The notes: generated from the sequence alone by a model not told the origin. Shown: positions 26,911-41,074, counted from the first letter of the stretch. The stretch: 64,000 nucleotides of DNA from Octopus vulgaris (GCA_951406725.2 OX597826.1:32488001-32552000); one strand, 5' to 3'. Translations and numbers: made by a program.

Positions 26911-27106
26911 TAAATGATATCAAAATATCACTATTTGGTATAATTTCCTTATTAGAACTTATACGACTTGATGCCAGAACACACACACCAGCCGGTCTAG
27001 ACACCACTTATTTGGATGGTCTAACAATGATTTGAAGTTGTTCGTTACACTTCACTCGAGTCAAAAATTGTAGTACCGTACACCTTTTTTAACTCAACTT
27101 GAAAAC

Positions 27107-27137
<31 letters not shown>

Positions 27138-27228
27138 CATACATGTACATACATAGACACACACACTCACACATATATAGTAATAACAGAAGTAATCCTT
27201 GGATGGCATTTAAAAACCAATTTAAAAG

Positions 27229-27285
<57 letters not shown>

Positions 27286-27311
27286 ACATATATATATATA
27301 CATACATACAT

Positions 27312-27342
<31 letters not shown>

Positions 27343-27746
27343 CATACATACATATATATATATATAGATAGATAGATAGATAGATAGATTGATAGATACA
27401 TAGATAGATAGATATATACATAGATATATACATATATATGACACACATACACACGTATCTGCATACATATATCATATGTATATATATATATATACTTACA
27501 TCTTATATCCATTAAATACACATAATTAAACAATCCTTAAATGTACCAAAACACCTGCATAAAAGCAGATTTAGTCTTCCGATATCGTTTCTTAGATTAA
27601 CTTCAGCAGTTTTACCTTTTAAAGTAAAGTGGATCCCGTAACACTCGCCCACCACCACCACCACCACGCACACACATCTGTGTGCATGTATACATATATA
27701 TATATATACATGGATATATATGCATATATATATATGTATGTATGTG

Positions 27747-27782
<36 letters not shown>

Positions 27783-28100
27783 TATACATATATATATATG
27801 TATAGATATATATGTATGTATATATTTATCTGTTCTCTGATATCCTTAATCTCATTTAACACTTAAGCTTTTGGTAGCTTGCAGATTGGATTTAGGAAAC
27901 TAATCAATAGAAAAACTAGACCGGAATTAATTTGCAGACAAATGTTTCTGTACATATGTTCACATTTAGGTACATACATACGTATCTGTGTCTGTACACA
28001 CACACACCATCATCATCATCACATATATATATATATAAATATATATGTGTGTGTGTGTGTGTATGCTTACATATAGGTATGTATGCATATATATACACAC

Positions 28101-28133
<33 letters not shown>

Positions 28134-28479
28134 GATGTGTGTGTGTGTATGTAGGTGTTTATGTTTGTATAGATGTAAGTAATATTAGAGAAAAGATATT
28201 TAATAACGATGAATATGTTTTCATCATTAGTAATGAAGGACACACCTGACTGCTTATAAGAGTTTCTCTTTGAGACTAATATTAGGAATGGTTAATATTT
28301 TTTGCAGAAATTAGTATCTACCAATAGTGGTTGGTAATTATTTGATAAAACTCAAAACATTACCAAAAATAAATGTTAGTCTTGTATCACATAACGTTCA
28401 TGTACATACACACCTCTATTGTACATACGTTCAGATACATAGATATAGATATATGCACTCACTTACGCACATACAACAT

Positions 28480-28624
28480 ACATACACATATATATTTGTA
28501 TGTATGTATATATGTGTATATATATATATATATACACACATATGTATGTAAATATATATATAAAAATATACTTATATATATATATATATATATATACATA
28601 TATGTAACTTTATATATAAAGATA

Positions 28625-28670
<46 letters not shown>

Positions 28671-28692
28671 TGTAAATTTATATATAAAGATA

Positions 28693-28781
<89 letters not shown>

Positions 28782-28891
28782 GTATATATATGTATATATA
28801 TATATATACATATATATATACATATGTATATATATATATACATATGTATATATATATACATATGTATATATATACATATGTATATATATAC

Positions 28892-28931
<40 letters not shown>

Positions 28932-28993
28932 GTATATATATACATATGTATATATATACATATGTATATATGTACATATGTATATATATATAC

Positions 28994-29050
<57 letters not shown>

Positions 29051-29110
29051 CATATATAAATACACACACACACACTTATATATATATATGTGTGTGTGTG
29101 TGTGTAGCTC
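28480..29110. repeat. Long (TA)n / TACATATG compound microsatellite
   Basis: Directly visible. Confidence 0.95.
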
Positions 29111-29422
29111 AAAGTAATTTGAATTTTGATTTTTATGTTTTATTTACAATCTTATATTAATAATAATAATAATAAATATATATATATATGTATACACATT
29201 CATATGTATATATGCATACACACACACACATACATATATATACATACATACATTTGTACACACATATCCATGTATACATATCATCCTCTTCATCATTATC
29301 TGTTTTCCATGCTGGCATGGGTTGGATGGTTTGACAGGAGCTGGTAAAGGCCAGGAGCCAAGCCAGGTTCCATACACACACACACACATGCACACATACA
29401 TATACATACTAATATATACATG

Positions 29423-29473
<51 letters not shown>

Positions 29474-30480
29474 ATGTATTTACATATACATGTGTGTGTG
29501 TATGTGTGTGTATATATATATTGGTACATGTAGTCATGTGTGTGTATATGTTATTGCAAAATATGTGTGCAAAATATAGCCTTATATGCATGTACACAAT
29601 ACACAAATACTTAAATGTTTCACACACACACATATACATGCATACACAGATGCATGCATACACATGCACACAGCAAGAAAATTACTGATACATACAACGA
29701 TAAGTGCAGAACACACATACAGTTTCACATATAAAGGTGACGTAGCAGAGGTGTTAGGGTGTCAGTTGAGGTATCTTGCAGTATTTATTTGTTCCAAATC
29801 ACTGCATGCTGAGTTCAAATGCAGACAAAGCTAGCTGTGCTTCCATCCATTTTAGATCAATAAGTAATGTAACAGACCAATACCGAGTCTTATTATTATT
29901 ATTAATTATTAATTATTATAGTTATCGATTATAATTATTAAGGTAGTGAGCTGGCAGAATCGTTAGTGCATCAGATGAAATAATTAACAGCATTTTCTTG
30001 TTCTGAGTTCAAATTCCACTAGGGTCGATTTTGCAGTTCATCGGTGGGTCAATCAGTTAAGTACCAGTTGAGTACTGGAGTCAATATAACTAATTTCTCT
30101 TTTCCGTCAAAATTTCTGGCCTTGTGTCAAAAATTAGGAAAGATTATTATGACTAGTATCATGGTCATTGTCTTCTTCTCCTTCTTGTTCTTCTTTCTCT
30201 GTCCATCCTCCCCACTCACTCTCCCGGAAGGAAATCCTCTGTGGACCCAGCAGGAGTGGTATCGCCTACAACCAGGTTTGATGTTTACAACATGCTGTAT
30301 TATATAATACTGGTGCCTCCATGATACCATTGGATGGTGGGGGCTCAAAGCATGACACACACACACACACTCAAACACACATGTATAGGTATATGTACAT
30401 AATTATAAACATACATACATGTATGTATGTATGTATGTATATAATTTTTCCACAATTTAATTGTTTTTCATGCTTTACTC

Positions 30481-30572
30481 AAAGTTGAAAAAGTCGCAGA
30501 CTGAAACCCGTAACTAAAATGTTCTTCGTGATAAAATTATTTTAGCATGTTCTACCTCATTCTATTTTCCTT
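30481..30572 (+). mobile_element. Short repeat with a variant hammerhead-like core (UUGAAAA)
   Basis: TTGAAAA-AGTC-gca-GACT-GAAA-CccG-TA followed by ataaaattattttagcat. Second copy on the minus strand at about 60965-61053. Confidence 0.5.
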
Positions 30573-30683
30573 ATATATATATATACACACACGTGTGTAT
30601 GTATATTGTGTTTCCATGTTACATATAGTTGAGGTGCATAGCTTGGTAGTTAAGGTGTTGCATTGATGTCGGTAAGATTGTGG

Positions 30684-30907
30684 CGAGCTGGTAGAAACAT
30701 AAGCATGCTGGGCAAAATGTTTAGCGGTACTTTGTCTGACTTTATATTCTGAGTTCAAATTCCACTGAGGTCGACTTTACCTTTCATCCTTTCGGGGTTG
30801 ATAAATTAAGTACCAGTTATGTACTGGGGTCGATGTAATTGGCTTAATCCCTTTTTCTGTCTTTGTTTGTCCCCTCTGTTTTTAACCCCTTGTGGGTAGT
30901 AAAGAAA
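30684..30907 (+). mobile_element. SINE family A nested in a family C SINE
   Basis: Flanked by the direct repeat taagattgtgg (30673-83 and 30908-18); family C head upstream and body downstream. Confidence 0.85.
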
Positions 30908-32446
30908 TAAGATTGTGGTCTTGATTCATAGACTGGGTGTAGTGTTGTATTCTTGAGGAAAATACTTAATTTCTGTCCAGGTGTGGAAAATATACACCAC
31001 AGAATCTGGGAAACTGACCTATGCTTTGAGAAGAACCTTTGATCTATTTTTTATGTTATATATATATATATGCACAGAGAGATGGAGAGAGAAAGAGAGA
31101 GAGAGAGTGATAGAAATAAAGATAGAGAAAGATACATATATATATATACATACATGCATATATAAATGTATACATGTATATGTATGCTTGTATGTTATTT
31201 ACATATATATGCACATGCCCTCCCCACACACACACACACGCACACACATACATGCATACATGGATGGAAGGATGGATTGATGGATGGATGGATGGATGTA
31301 GGAGCAGTTCACTTTTTATTTTGCGACTTTGAGATCCTGGGTTTGAGTTCAATCCCAGTTCATGGAAAAAATTTTATTGGATAAGTCTTTTTTTCTTTTA
31401 GCACAGCCTCTAACTGGCCCAAGACTTGCACATGAAACTTGGTAAATAAAAGCATGTAATAGCCTGTCAATGGGTTTAAATCTGGAACTGAAACGGATGG
31501 TATTTGTTGCATGTTGTATCATGCTGTTTTGGTCTAAGAGAATCATATTAAGGACATACATGTCCCTGGAATGAATACTAAACTTCTTCCATGCTATTTA
31601 ATCAATGGAGATCACAGATAATGAAATGAATCAACACTTTGTGTCAAAGTCTAGTAGAGGGTCAATCAAATTTCATTTATTTAAAGGTTTTAATTATATT
31701 ACCGAATGAGAAAAAGGGAGAGAGGTGAGCCAGCTGTTTATGTAAACAATTTTATAATTTCTATTTACAATTTTTTATATAGAAATACCCATCTATGAAA
31801 TATTGTAAATAATAAAAATTTGAAGCTCTTAATTATATTCATCTAACAGGGAAATGTGAGAGGAGAGGGTATGAGTTTGCTGTTTATGTAAACTGTTTTA
31901 GAATTTCTGAAGAAGCATTTTAACTTTTCATTTCAAAATGCTTTACTTCAACAAAGACAAAATTAAAAGAATATTGTAAATGAGCATAATAGTAAAAATT
32001 TAGAAACAATTTTCAAAGAATTTCAAATCAAGAATCTATATAAAAAAACAAAAAATTCTTACCTTTTTCAGTGAAGATTATTTTTAAAAAAATAAGAAAA
32101 TGATTCAATTAATTTTTTTTTAGAGATATTTCCTGTTTTTATGTAATCCAAAAAGATATCCTTTTATATTGTTAAAAACTTCACCTGTGAATATTTCAGG
32201 CAGTTTTTCCTTCTTCTAAAGGTAAAAACAATTCCATTCTTCAGGTAATATTAATTTAGAAAGACATTTACAACTAAAAAATAAAATAAATTGAAAGCTG
32301 TTGCTTTTTTTTTCTATTTTAGTTTTAATTATTTTCTTTTAGTACACTTTGATAATTTTTGCTTTGCCTTACTTTATATATATATATATGTGTGTAGGTA
32401 GGTAGACAGGTTGGTAGATAGATATGGATAGGTAGGTAGACAGATT

Positions 32447-32495
<49 letters not shown>

Positions 32496-32964
32496 CAGAG
32501 TTTGTTTATTGAATTGTATATTGATGTGTGTTCAATAATTCATTTTTTTTTTTTTTGTAAAACTTTGAAACTGAGAAAAATGTAATTATAAGCAAAATTA
32601 AATGAAAACTTATTGCTTGAAAACTTGCTCTGGTTGTTTTTTTTTTCCTTTTTCTTCTTTTTTTCTTGTTTTCAAAGCTTCAAAATTTAGAACTAGAGAT
32701 ATCGATATCAACTGACTGGGAGGATAAATAGACAAAAATTTTAAAAGCAGAATACAAGTAGGTAGTATTCAAATATATATATACATATATATGTTTATAT
32801 CTATATGTGTGTATATGTATCTGTACATGTTGAGGATTTACGAAGTGTGTAGGGGGAGTGATGAGTAGCAGTAAAAGTGAGGGGGTGAGAAGGGAAAGAG
32901 AGACAAGTTGAGAGATAAAGAGAGAGAGAGAGAAAATAAGAAAGAAAGTGAATGGCAAGTTTGC

Positions 32965-33000
<36 letters not shown>

Positions 33001-34219
33001 TTGGCTAATGCTGCTGCATTGAAAGTAGAGATAAAGTACAGTTTAGTGTATTTAACTGTAATGAAGAGCGTGAAAGAGTAAAAGTTATCCAATTAATTGA
33101 AATTGGATAAACAAAATGGGAGGGAGAGGGGGGAGAAGAGAGAGAGAGACAAACGTAGAGAGAGAGAGCTTATTTGAGAGGGGGGTAAGAAAGAGAAAGG
33201 CAGATTCACAAGAGATGAGCTATGGAGTTTGACAAAGCTTGTTGGCTGGTTGGTTGAATGTATGGTTGGCTGGGTTGCCTGGCGTGTTGCAGCTGTCCCA
33301 CTTCTGGTGGTGCTGTCGGCTGGTTCATGGCTCTCCTCTCTCTTTCTCTCTCTCTCTCTCCACACTTTCGGTGGCAGCGGCAGTGGAAGCTTGTAGGCAC
33401 TCTCCTTTCCTTCTCTCTCCCGTTCTGGTTCTCATGCACTCTCTCTCTCTCTTGGAGAATCAAAACTTAACATATAACTGCATCTACATACATGTACGTG
33501 TGTGAGTAATATATATATATAATACTATTGTATGAATGGACAACAACAACAATAGCAACAACAACAACAACAACAACACTGCAACAACTGCCTCTCCCCA
33601 CTCTGTCACCATCACCCCCACCTCCATCGCCACTGTTACCACTACCACTGCTGCTGACAATAGCACTGCTGATTGGGAGATGGGTGGGGGAGGGGTAGAA
33701 GGTTGGAGGAGCATTAGTGGGAAGGCGGGAGAGAGGAGAGATGATGAGGAGGTGGTGGTGTAGATGATGGTGGAGGTAGTGGTGGTGGAGGTGTTAGTGA
33801 AGGTGTTGGTGGTGATTGGTGTGGTAGTGGTGGTGATGGTGGTGGTGGTGGCTAGATGGTGGTGGTGGTGGCTAGATGGTGGTGGTGGTGGCTAGATGGT
33901 GGTGATGGTGGTTGCCGAAAGTGAGATGATGATGATGGTGGTGATGGCAATATGAGGCAGTGACTAGAAGAAGAAGAAGAAGAAGAAGAAAATTACAATG
34001 AAAATAAACAAGAAAAAAACAGGAATACACAAAAAATAAGTAGGAGAAAATGGAGAGAAAAATGGCTGAAAGGGGTCAATGTTAGAAGAGAAATAAGTTA
34101 TCAGAGGGTGGGAGGTAGAAACATAGAGAAAGAAAGAAAGAGAGAGAGGGAGAGTATGAGAAAAGGTGAGAAAAGAAACAGAGGGGGGAAAAAGTAGAGG
34201 AAACCTAATAATGAAGGAT

Positions 34220-34830
34220 GATGTTGCTGTTTAGCCCTGGGCCAGCCCTGATCATGTACACTTATGTTCAAAGATATTCCATCCATGACCATCCTGACTC
34301 TTTTATGTGTGCAGGGCGCCTAGGGCCACATTATACAATATGAAAAGCTCTAAGCTGGTTGAGGTGTGATTTGAGGGATATTTAGCTGCTATTTCTAACA
34401 GGTTGAATGGCCATATAGAAGTTCTCTTATAGGTTCATTTGTTGTTTATTAATATTGTTTAGCCCAAGGTCATCCCTGATTAAATACACCTATGATTATA
34501 AACATTCCATCCATGATCATCCTGCCTCTTCCTTTGTGCAGTTATACAATGTGTCCTTTTCTAAGCTGGTGTGTGCGTGTGATTTGAGGGAGATTTGGCT
34601 GTTATTTCTAGCAGGCTCTCCTATATGTTCAGATGCTATTTATTAATGACTGTTGTTTAACCCTAGGTCATCCCTGATTGAGGTGACATATGATCAAAGG
34701 CATTCCAACCACGACCATCTCATCAGAGGAATCCAGTTCTATATTTTTCTCTCCCACTTTTTCTAAGAATTTCACTGTGTAATTTCAGGGAGATTTAGCT
34801 GTTATTTCTAGCATGCTGACCAACTGCATG
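34220..34830 (-). mobile_element. Three tandem copies of a short retroposon-like repeat (family D, (CAA)n tail)
   Basis: tgtttagccc..ggtca(t/g)ccctgat..cattccatccatgaccatc..gtgatttgagggagattt(a/g)gctg(c/t)tatttcta near 34225, 34455 and 34650. Another copy is split around 52822 and 53460. Confidence 0.65.
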
Positions 34831-35221
34831 GAGTGGAAGTGGTTAATGGAAATTAGTTGAGGGGCGGGGGTAGAGAATGTGCATAAAGTGTTTGGATGAG
34901 GAGGGGGAGTAGAAGCTCTCCAGGGAGGTGGGGGGGAGAAGAAACTGTGTTATACTTTGTCATCAACATTATTATCATTGTACTTGCTGGGGGAAACAGA
35001 AAATTGAGAGAGGAGAGAGAGATAGAGATAGAGAGAGAGAGAGAGAGAAAGAGAAAGAGAGAGAGTAAGAGGGGAGTGAAAGACTGTTAACTAGGGGACG
35101 TAGTCAAACAGTTCTTGCATTGGGAATTGCAAATATACAGAAGCAGACAGAAAGAGGGGAAATAGATAGATAGATAAATAGACAAAGAGATAAATAAACA
35201 GATAGATAAGGAGAGAGAGTG

Positions 35222-35252
<31 letters not shown>

Positions 35253-35629
35253 GAGAAGAATAGGGGAAAGAGAGATAGGTAGGAAGAGATTTTAACATGA
35301 TATACAAATGCATCACATTTTCTGCTCCTCCCCGATACAAACACCACAAAATGCAAATTAATTATTAAGCATAATTATTGATCATTTCAATGTGTTTGTG
35401 TGTGTGTATGTGTGTACATATCCATTGTACACATGTTCAATGGATATGTGTTATAGAAAATTCATTCTCTCTTTCTCTCTCTGTATACAAATATGTGTGT
35501 GGATCATTTTATATAGATGCACACACACACATCTATCTATGTCATCATCATCATCATCATTTAACATCCGCTTTCCATGCTAGCATGGGTTGGACGGAGC
35601 AAATGCATTACATATGTATAAGTGTGTAA

Positions 35630-35894
35630 CCTATATATATATATATATATGTATGTATCTATATGTATATATCTATCTATATATATATGTATATATCTAT
35701 CTCTATATATATCTATCTATATATATATCTATCTATATATATATATCTATATATATATCTATCTATCTATATATATATCTATATATATATCTATCTATCT
35801 ATATATATATATATATATATATCTATCTATCTATATATCTATCTATATATATATCTATATATCTATATATATATCTATATATATCTATCTATCT

Positions 35895-35944
<50 letters not shown>

Positions 35945-35956
35945 TGTATATATCTA

Positions 35957-36028
<72 letters not shown>

Positions 36029-36056
36029 GATAGATAGATATGAACATGTATCTATG

Positions 36057-36100
<44 letters not shown>
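35630..36100. repeat. (TA)n/(TATC)n compound microsatellite
   Basis: Directly visible. Confidence 0.95.
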
Positions 36101-36103
<3 letters not shown>

Positions 36104-37589
36104 ATTTGACTGCGGTTAAGCTGGAGCACTGGGAAATACATTATGTTCTTGAGCAAAACACTTCAGTTCATGTTGTCCCAGTCCACTCAGCTGGCAAAAA
36201 TGTTAACCCTCCGATAGACTGGCGTCCCATCCAGGAGGGGAAAACCAGCCCTTTGAGTCTATATGACTTGGGAAGGAATTTTACTTCACTTTTATATTCG
36301 CATATATTAAAACAAAGATGAGAATTTATGGCATTATTTTCAATTTTTATTAAAACACTGCCATTAACACCTGCCTTTGTTTCAATATCTACATACTCTG
36401 CGAGTAATATACTTTGCCATACAATTTCAGCTTGTATGGATAGCTTTCTTCTTAAACAAACCACTTACTTATAAACAATTTAAAGCCAGTATTCACAAAA
36501 GTGCTTCAGGAGGTCAAAGCTTGGATTTTAATTCATGTATATATTACAAAGCCTTACTGTGAGTGAACTAAAAATGTAAATACATTCTTTTTTTATGAAG
36601 TATTGATGTGCAGAAAAAATAAATAGGGAATTTTATTTATTTATTTATTTATTTATTTATTTTTGTTGTCTACGCCAACAAAAAATTACTCAGTTTCCTT
36701 CCCCAGTCAATAGAGCATTTCAGCTACTATATAATGCAGTCATAAATCAGACTAGCACATTAGTGAACAGTATAATTTACATAGATGTGCTTCAGATGGT
36801 TCATCATTAATTAAAAATTTATACACAACACTGTAAATCAGAAGGACTGAAATATATTTAAATATAACCAAACCACATTCTGAGTGAACTAATTATCTAA
36901 ACCAGAAACTCCATTCCCACAGCTTTGTTTTCTTTTTGTATATCAGTTGCAGAGAAAGGAATTCTCACAGGAATATTTTATGATACAAACCAGTGTTTAA
37001 TATAGTAATAAGAACTAATGTAGCTCGGGAATTCCTTTATTTGGTTAAATAGCATTCTCCATTGGGGCATAGGTGTAGTAAGATATTAAATAGAAAATGT
37101 GTTAAGCTTCGTTATTCAGCTGGTAACAAATTCGCTTGATATGTTAGAGGGTTATAATGCTGCATAGCTGAATGAAAACAAATAGTGAAACAGCTGACCA
37201 ATACCAATTATGCAACTTCAGACTTTGTAAAAATTGCCCACTGGATGTTAATTGTTTGGCTAAGTCGATAGTATACAATGCTAAAGTAGAAACGAACAAA
37301 TGAGATTAAACTAGAGTAAATATTAAGTTAACTGAAGTGATATTTAAAAATCGATTTTTTAAGCACGAACATTCATTTGTCAGCCTTGATAATAATGTGC
37401 CATGGTTACATCGAAATTGATATGATTTTTATTTGAAGCAAGTTCTCACAAATTTAAAATTTTCTGTTCAATTATAGATAATTTACAACCCTTCAGGAAC
37501 GGAAGGTTCAAATGGAAACAGTGGTGCGACTTTTGTTTGAACGAAAATCAAGAATAGTCTGAACAAAAGAACCGAACTGTTGGCACTTT

Positions 37590-39452
37590 ATATGCACGAA
37601 GCTAAGTATATTTTGTGTGAGCACCAGCCACATTGATTTGCGATCAAATTATATGTTGGTTTTGAATGATTTTTAAACAACGCAATTTACAAGGTGATAG
37701 TTCCCAGAGTGACATCTCTTCTATGAAATTTAAAAGCCAAACACCACAAGTCAAAAAACGTTTGGAGCATTACCACGAGACCCAGAAATGAAATGAAAAT
37801 TGTGATCTTAAAAAAGCCATTTTTAAACGCGATTTTTTAAAAGCGTAATGATACGATAGCTCTCGTATAAGTTATAACTGAGTTGTAATTTATCGTTTAC
37901 TTGTGAATCAGCAGAAATTAATGTATGATTCAAAATGTGAAATAAAGCAAAAAGTCTTATTTGTACTTCTGTGGAATAGCGCTTCCAAGGTAATTAATAA
38001 AGGCAGTCTCTAACAATAGCAAAAATAAATTCTTCCAGATTGACATCTGTGATTATCACACTGCCACCACTCGATCCATTTACAGAAGTAAACCGTTCCA
38101 TTACATCTATCAGTAATGTCGTATATATCGAGAAAAAAATTGTTGTTCACGCTCGTAAAATGGTTGTATAGAAAAAATTTATGGATGGACCCTTCGATTT
38201 TCTATTACCTAGAGTCCCGGTATTCTGCTGAAAGCAGTAACTTCAATAGTTCGTACATCCTACACGAAATAGAACCAATCCAGTGTTGGAGGAGGTTCTT
38301 ATTGAGACGTCGGACTATCAACTAAGACGTAGCTGATTTCTTCAGAAAAACTCTGCAAATTTTTTAAAGAACTTATATTTCTGAATAATTGGGAGCTCAT
38401 CTTACAAAAACATGTTATCTTGTTTTTATCCCTGGCTTCTCCGATAGTTTATACTATTCGTACCAGAAATCTAACGAAACTCTTAATTTCATCCATTGGC
38501 ATTCTGCCATACCAGACATAAGCTTCCAAATATCTCACTGAGAATTTCTAAACCTTCGGTTAATGAACGGATTTTCCGTAATGCATCACAATACTAAATT
38601 GAAGGTTTAGTCAGATGTGGCTTTAAAAGATAAAACTTTTAGACCACAGCATTGATACTTCCCTACTTCATAAAAATATAAAAAGAAACTTTACCTGGTA
38701 CAACCCCCGTTCGATATTACCGTAGCTAAGGCGGCGAGCTGGCAGAAACGTTAGCACGCCGGGCGAAATGCGTAGCCGTATTTCGTCTGCCGTTACGTTT
38801 TGAGTTCAAATTCCGCCGAGGTCGACTTTGCCTTTCATCCTTTCGGGGTCGATTAAATAAGTACCAGTTACGCACTGGGGTCGATATAATCGACTTAATC
38901 CGTTTGTCTGTCCTTGTTTGTCCTCTCTGCGTTTAGCCCCTTGTGGGTAGTAAAGAAATAGATATTACCGTAGCTACATAATTAACTAAAATCGCCTTGA
39001 AATTGTAAAAAGCACTTCTCTTCAAATTATACATAAGTTCTGATCCTTATAAAAAAATGTTGTCATCCACTACTTCGACTGCAATTTAGCATGTTCTTAC
39101 ACATCTAAACTTAATAAACAGTACAAAGCAACACCGCAACCTCTGTAATTTCATTGATATCAACAACTACCATCTAAAATCTAACAGTTTGTCTAAGGTT
39201 GTTGTGTACTACCGCGAATATCATGCGTGAGTATTGCCTTAAGCCTTTTGTATTAAACCCTTTTAAATCTAGGTTTCATTCTTATATACATGTCTTCAAG
39301 AAATCCGGACAAGAGCAAACAAACTTATTTGGCTTCATTCACCTGGTCACTAAAGGAAAATCTAATACCTTTTCACCTGAAATGTAATATTGCTGTTAAT
39401 GCTAAAACATACACTGAATATGATAACCTCTGCAATTTTTGCACCATATAGA
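37590..39452 (+). pseudogene. Heavily decayed Penelope-like retroelement ORF (RT + C-terminal GIY-YIG), probably Naiad clade
   Basis: Motif relics in the correct order: FFQIDICDYH (38030; FIQFDIVDFY), VVHARK, SAESSNFNSSYILH (DGAEVCELVGLYIL), GSY*DVGL (38294; GLYRDDGL), YSYQKSNETLNFIHWHS, KRNFTWYNP-FD (38681; RNIIWFNPPF), CNF-x5-YHL..SL..VVY, FKSRF, TWSLKE, CNFC (39431; CNLC). Confidence 0.75.
38729..38960 (+). mobile_element. Young full-length SINE family A with a 16 bp TSD
   Basis: gatattaccgtagcta at 38713-28 and 38961-76; A and B boxes, Nin/Deu-like domain, CpGs intact. Confidence 0.95.
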
Positions 39453-40557
39453 TAGATCACGTGGAAGTGGTATAAAATGAAGACTGTTTACAGGATATGG
39501 ACCGGTTTTAAGTATAAAAATACAGACATCATATCCGTCTAGCAGGAAGAATATTTATAGTATTCGCTTCCACTAATGAACGTATGAAGAGAATAATTCT
39601 AATTTTGAATTTAGTAGTTATAATAGTTTGTATCAGATTCTGTATTTCACAGATTCAGAGACATATACGAAGCGTTCTGTGGATTCGATAATTGACCAGT
39701 CAATGTTGTAGCTATGACTGCCATTGTCTGTCACATTCCAGACGTATTAGAGACCATTGTTGTACCATCTTTTCTTTTCTTGTCCGAGCGAAAATTTATG
39801 CTGACCATATCTAAATTTCAAAGAATCTACTGTAAGACGTATAGCATAATTAGTGTTGTTACTGGTTGAGACCTGAGCACAGCATGCAGCACTATTTTGG
39901 TGAAATCTACTGTGCAGTGGACAGGTGTTGGCAGTGAGGCAATTGCAATATAGGGACGAATCTTGTGCTTGTGCATGATAATTTTTTTTCGATTTCTAGC
40001 TAACAAAGATTTAAAAAATCGTCAGTACATTTGCAATTCACCTTAACGTTATTCCCCCTTTTTGTTTCACCTGTATCACGGCCGTTTTATATTTTGACAT
40101 ATTTTATTATTTTCTATAATCCGTTATACATGTACATGTGCCTGTCTATTTATATTCTATGTTATATCAACACTCATTTCATTCGTAATTTATGCTAGTA
40201 CTCACACATAACTATGTGCCTAAACTTATACACATATTTATGTTTTTATGGTTGCGAATATTTGCACGTGCTCATGTTCGTTACTTTCCAAGCACGCATG
40301 CACAAATTTGTGCTTCGTTATTTGCCTGCAATTCCCATATGTATCTCTGCATCTTTATAAATTTACATTCAGATAACAAGTAGATTCTTCTAGACATTGT
40401 CCTCACGAAGCTGCAATCCTGTGCGGCTGTATATATACTGATATATTCCCGTTCTAGTAGTGGCGGGGAACACAAGCCATATGTGTTAGCGTTCTAACAT
40501 CCGTTCCTGAATGTGTATACATTTATACGATCGAACGTGCACAAGTGCGTACACAAT

Positions 40558-40623
<66 letters not shown>

Positions 40624-40914
40624 GATATAAACATATAATCATCTATTTATATATGCATTCGTTCATATACACATCCATTCATCCCTCTCTCCCTCCGTCC
40701 ATCCATTCATACATACATACATACATACATACATGCATACATACATGCGTATGTGTGTAATTAATGGTAAAGAATGAAGATTCTACGAGGGAATTCAAAG
40801 GTGTAACATAATCCGAGTAAGTGCAAAGACGATCCGTGAATCAGGTTCTCCAAACCATCGTCGGAGGAACGTGTAAGGTCCGCATGGCCGTGCGACAATA
40901 AGTGAAACGGTGAC

Positions 40915-41074
40915 GAACAGCAACTTCAAGAAGAAAACCAGAAACGAACACAACAAAAGTCAAATGGACGTCCAGAGTGAAGTATTATTTTGACGCCCCG
41001 TCAGACAAATATATTCACTGAGCACGTCCATTTGGCTTTCGCTGTTTTTCTATTTGTTCTTCAAGTCGCCGTTC
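40915..41074. repeat. Fold-back element centred on tgacg-ccc-cgtca
   Basis: gaacagcaacttcaagaa..aaagtcaaatggacgt..agtgaa mirrors ttcact..acgtccatttggcttt..ttcttcaagtcgccgttc. Confidence 0.75.

Noticed and set aside
27585-28375. Weak hammerhead-like strings near 27590 and 28255 (also near 46271 and 48030)
   Set aside because: Multiple core or stem mismatches each; not distinguishable from chance without family consensuses.
33840-33910. ggtggtggtggctagatggt x3 and other short periodic repeats as CRISPR-like arrays
   Set aside because: No unique spacers, eukaryotic context, no cas genes; simple slippage repeats.
38294-38317. In-frame TGA in the PLE RT as selenocysteine
   Set aside because: It falls at the Arg of YRDD (CGA to TGA decay), not at a Cys position, and the copy has many other lesions.
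38729-38820. tRNA gene-like A/B boxes (also 48163 and others)
   Set aside because: These are SINE heads: no full cloverleaf, followed by SINE body and TSDs, and multi-copy.
39620-40075. Possible Tc1 transposase N-terminus on the minus strand with a tacaggtg end
   Set aside because: Only a faint RSGRKRK-like resemblance and no second TIR found; needs BLASTX.
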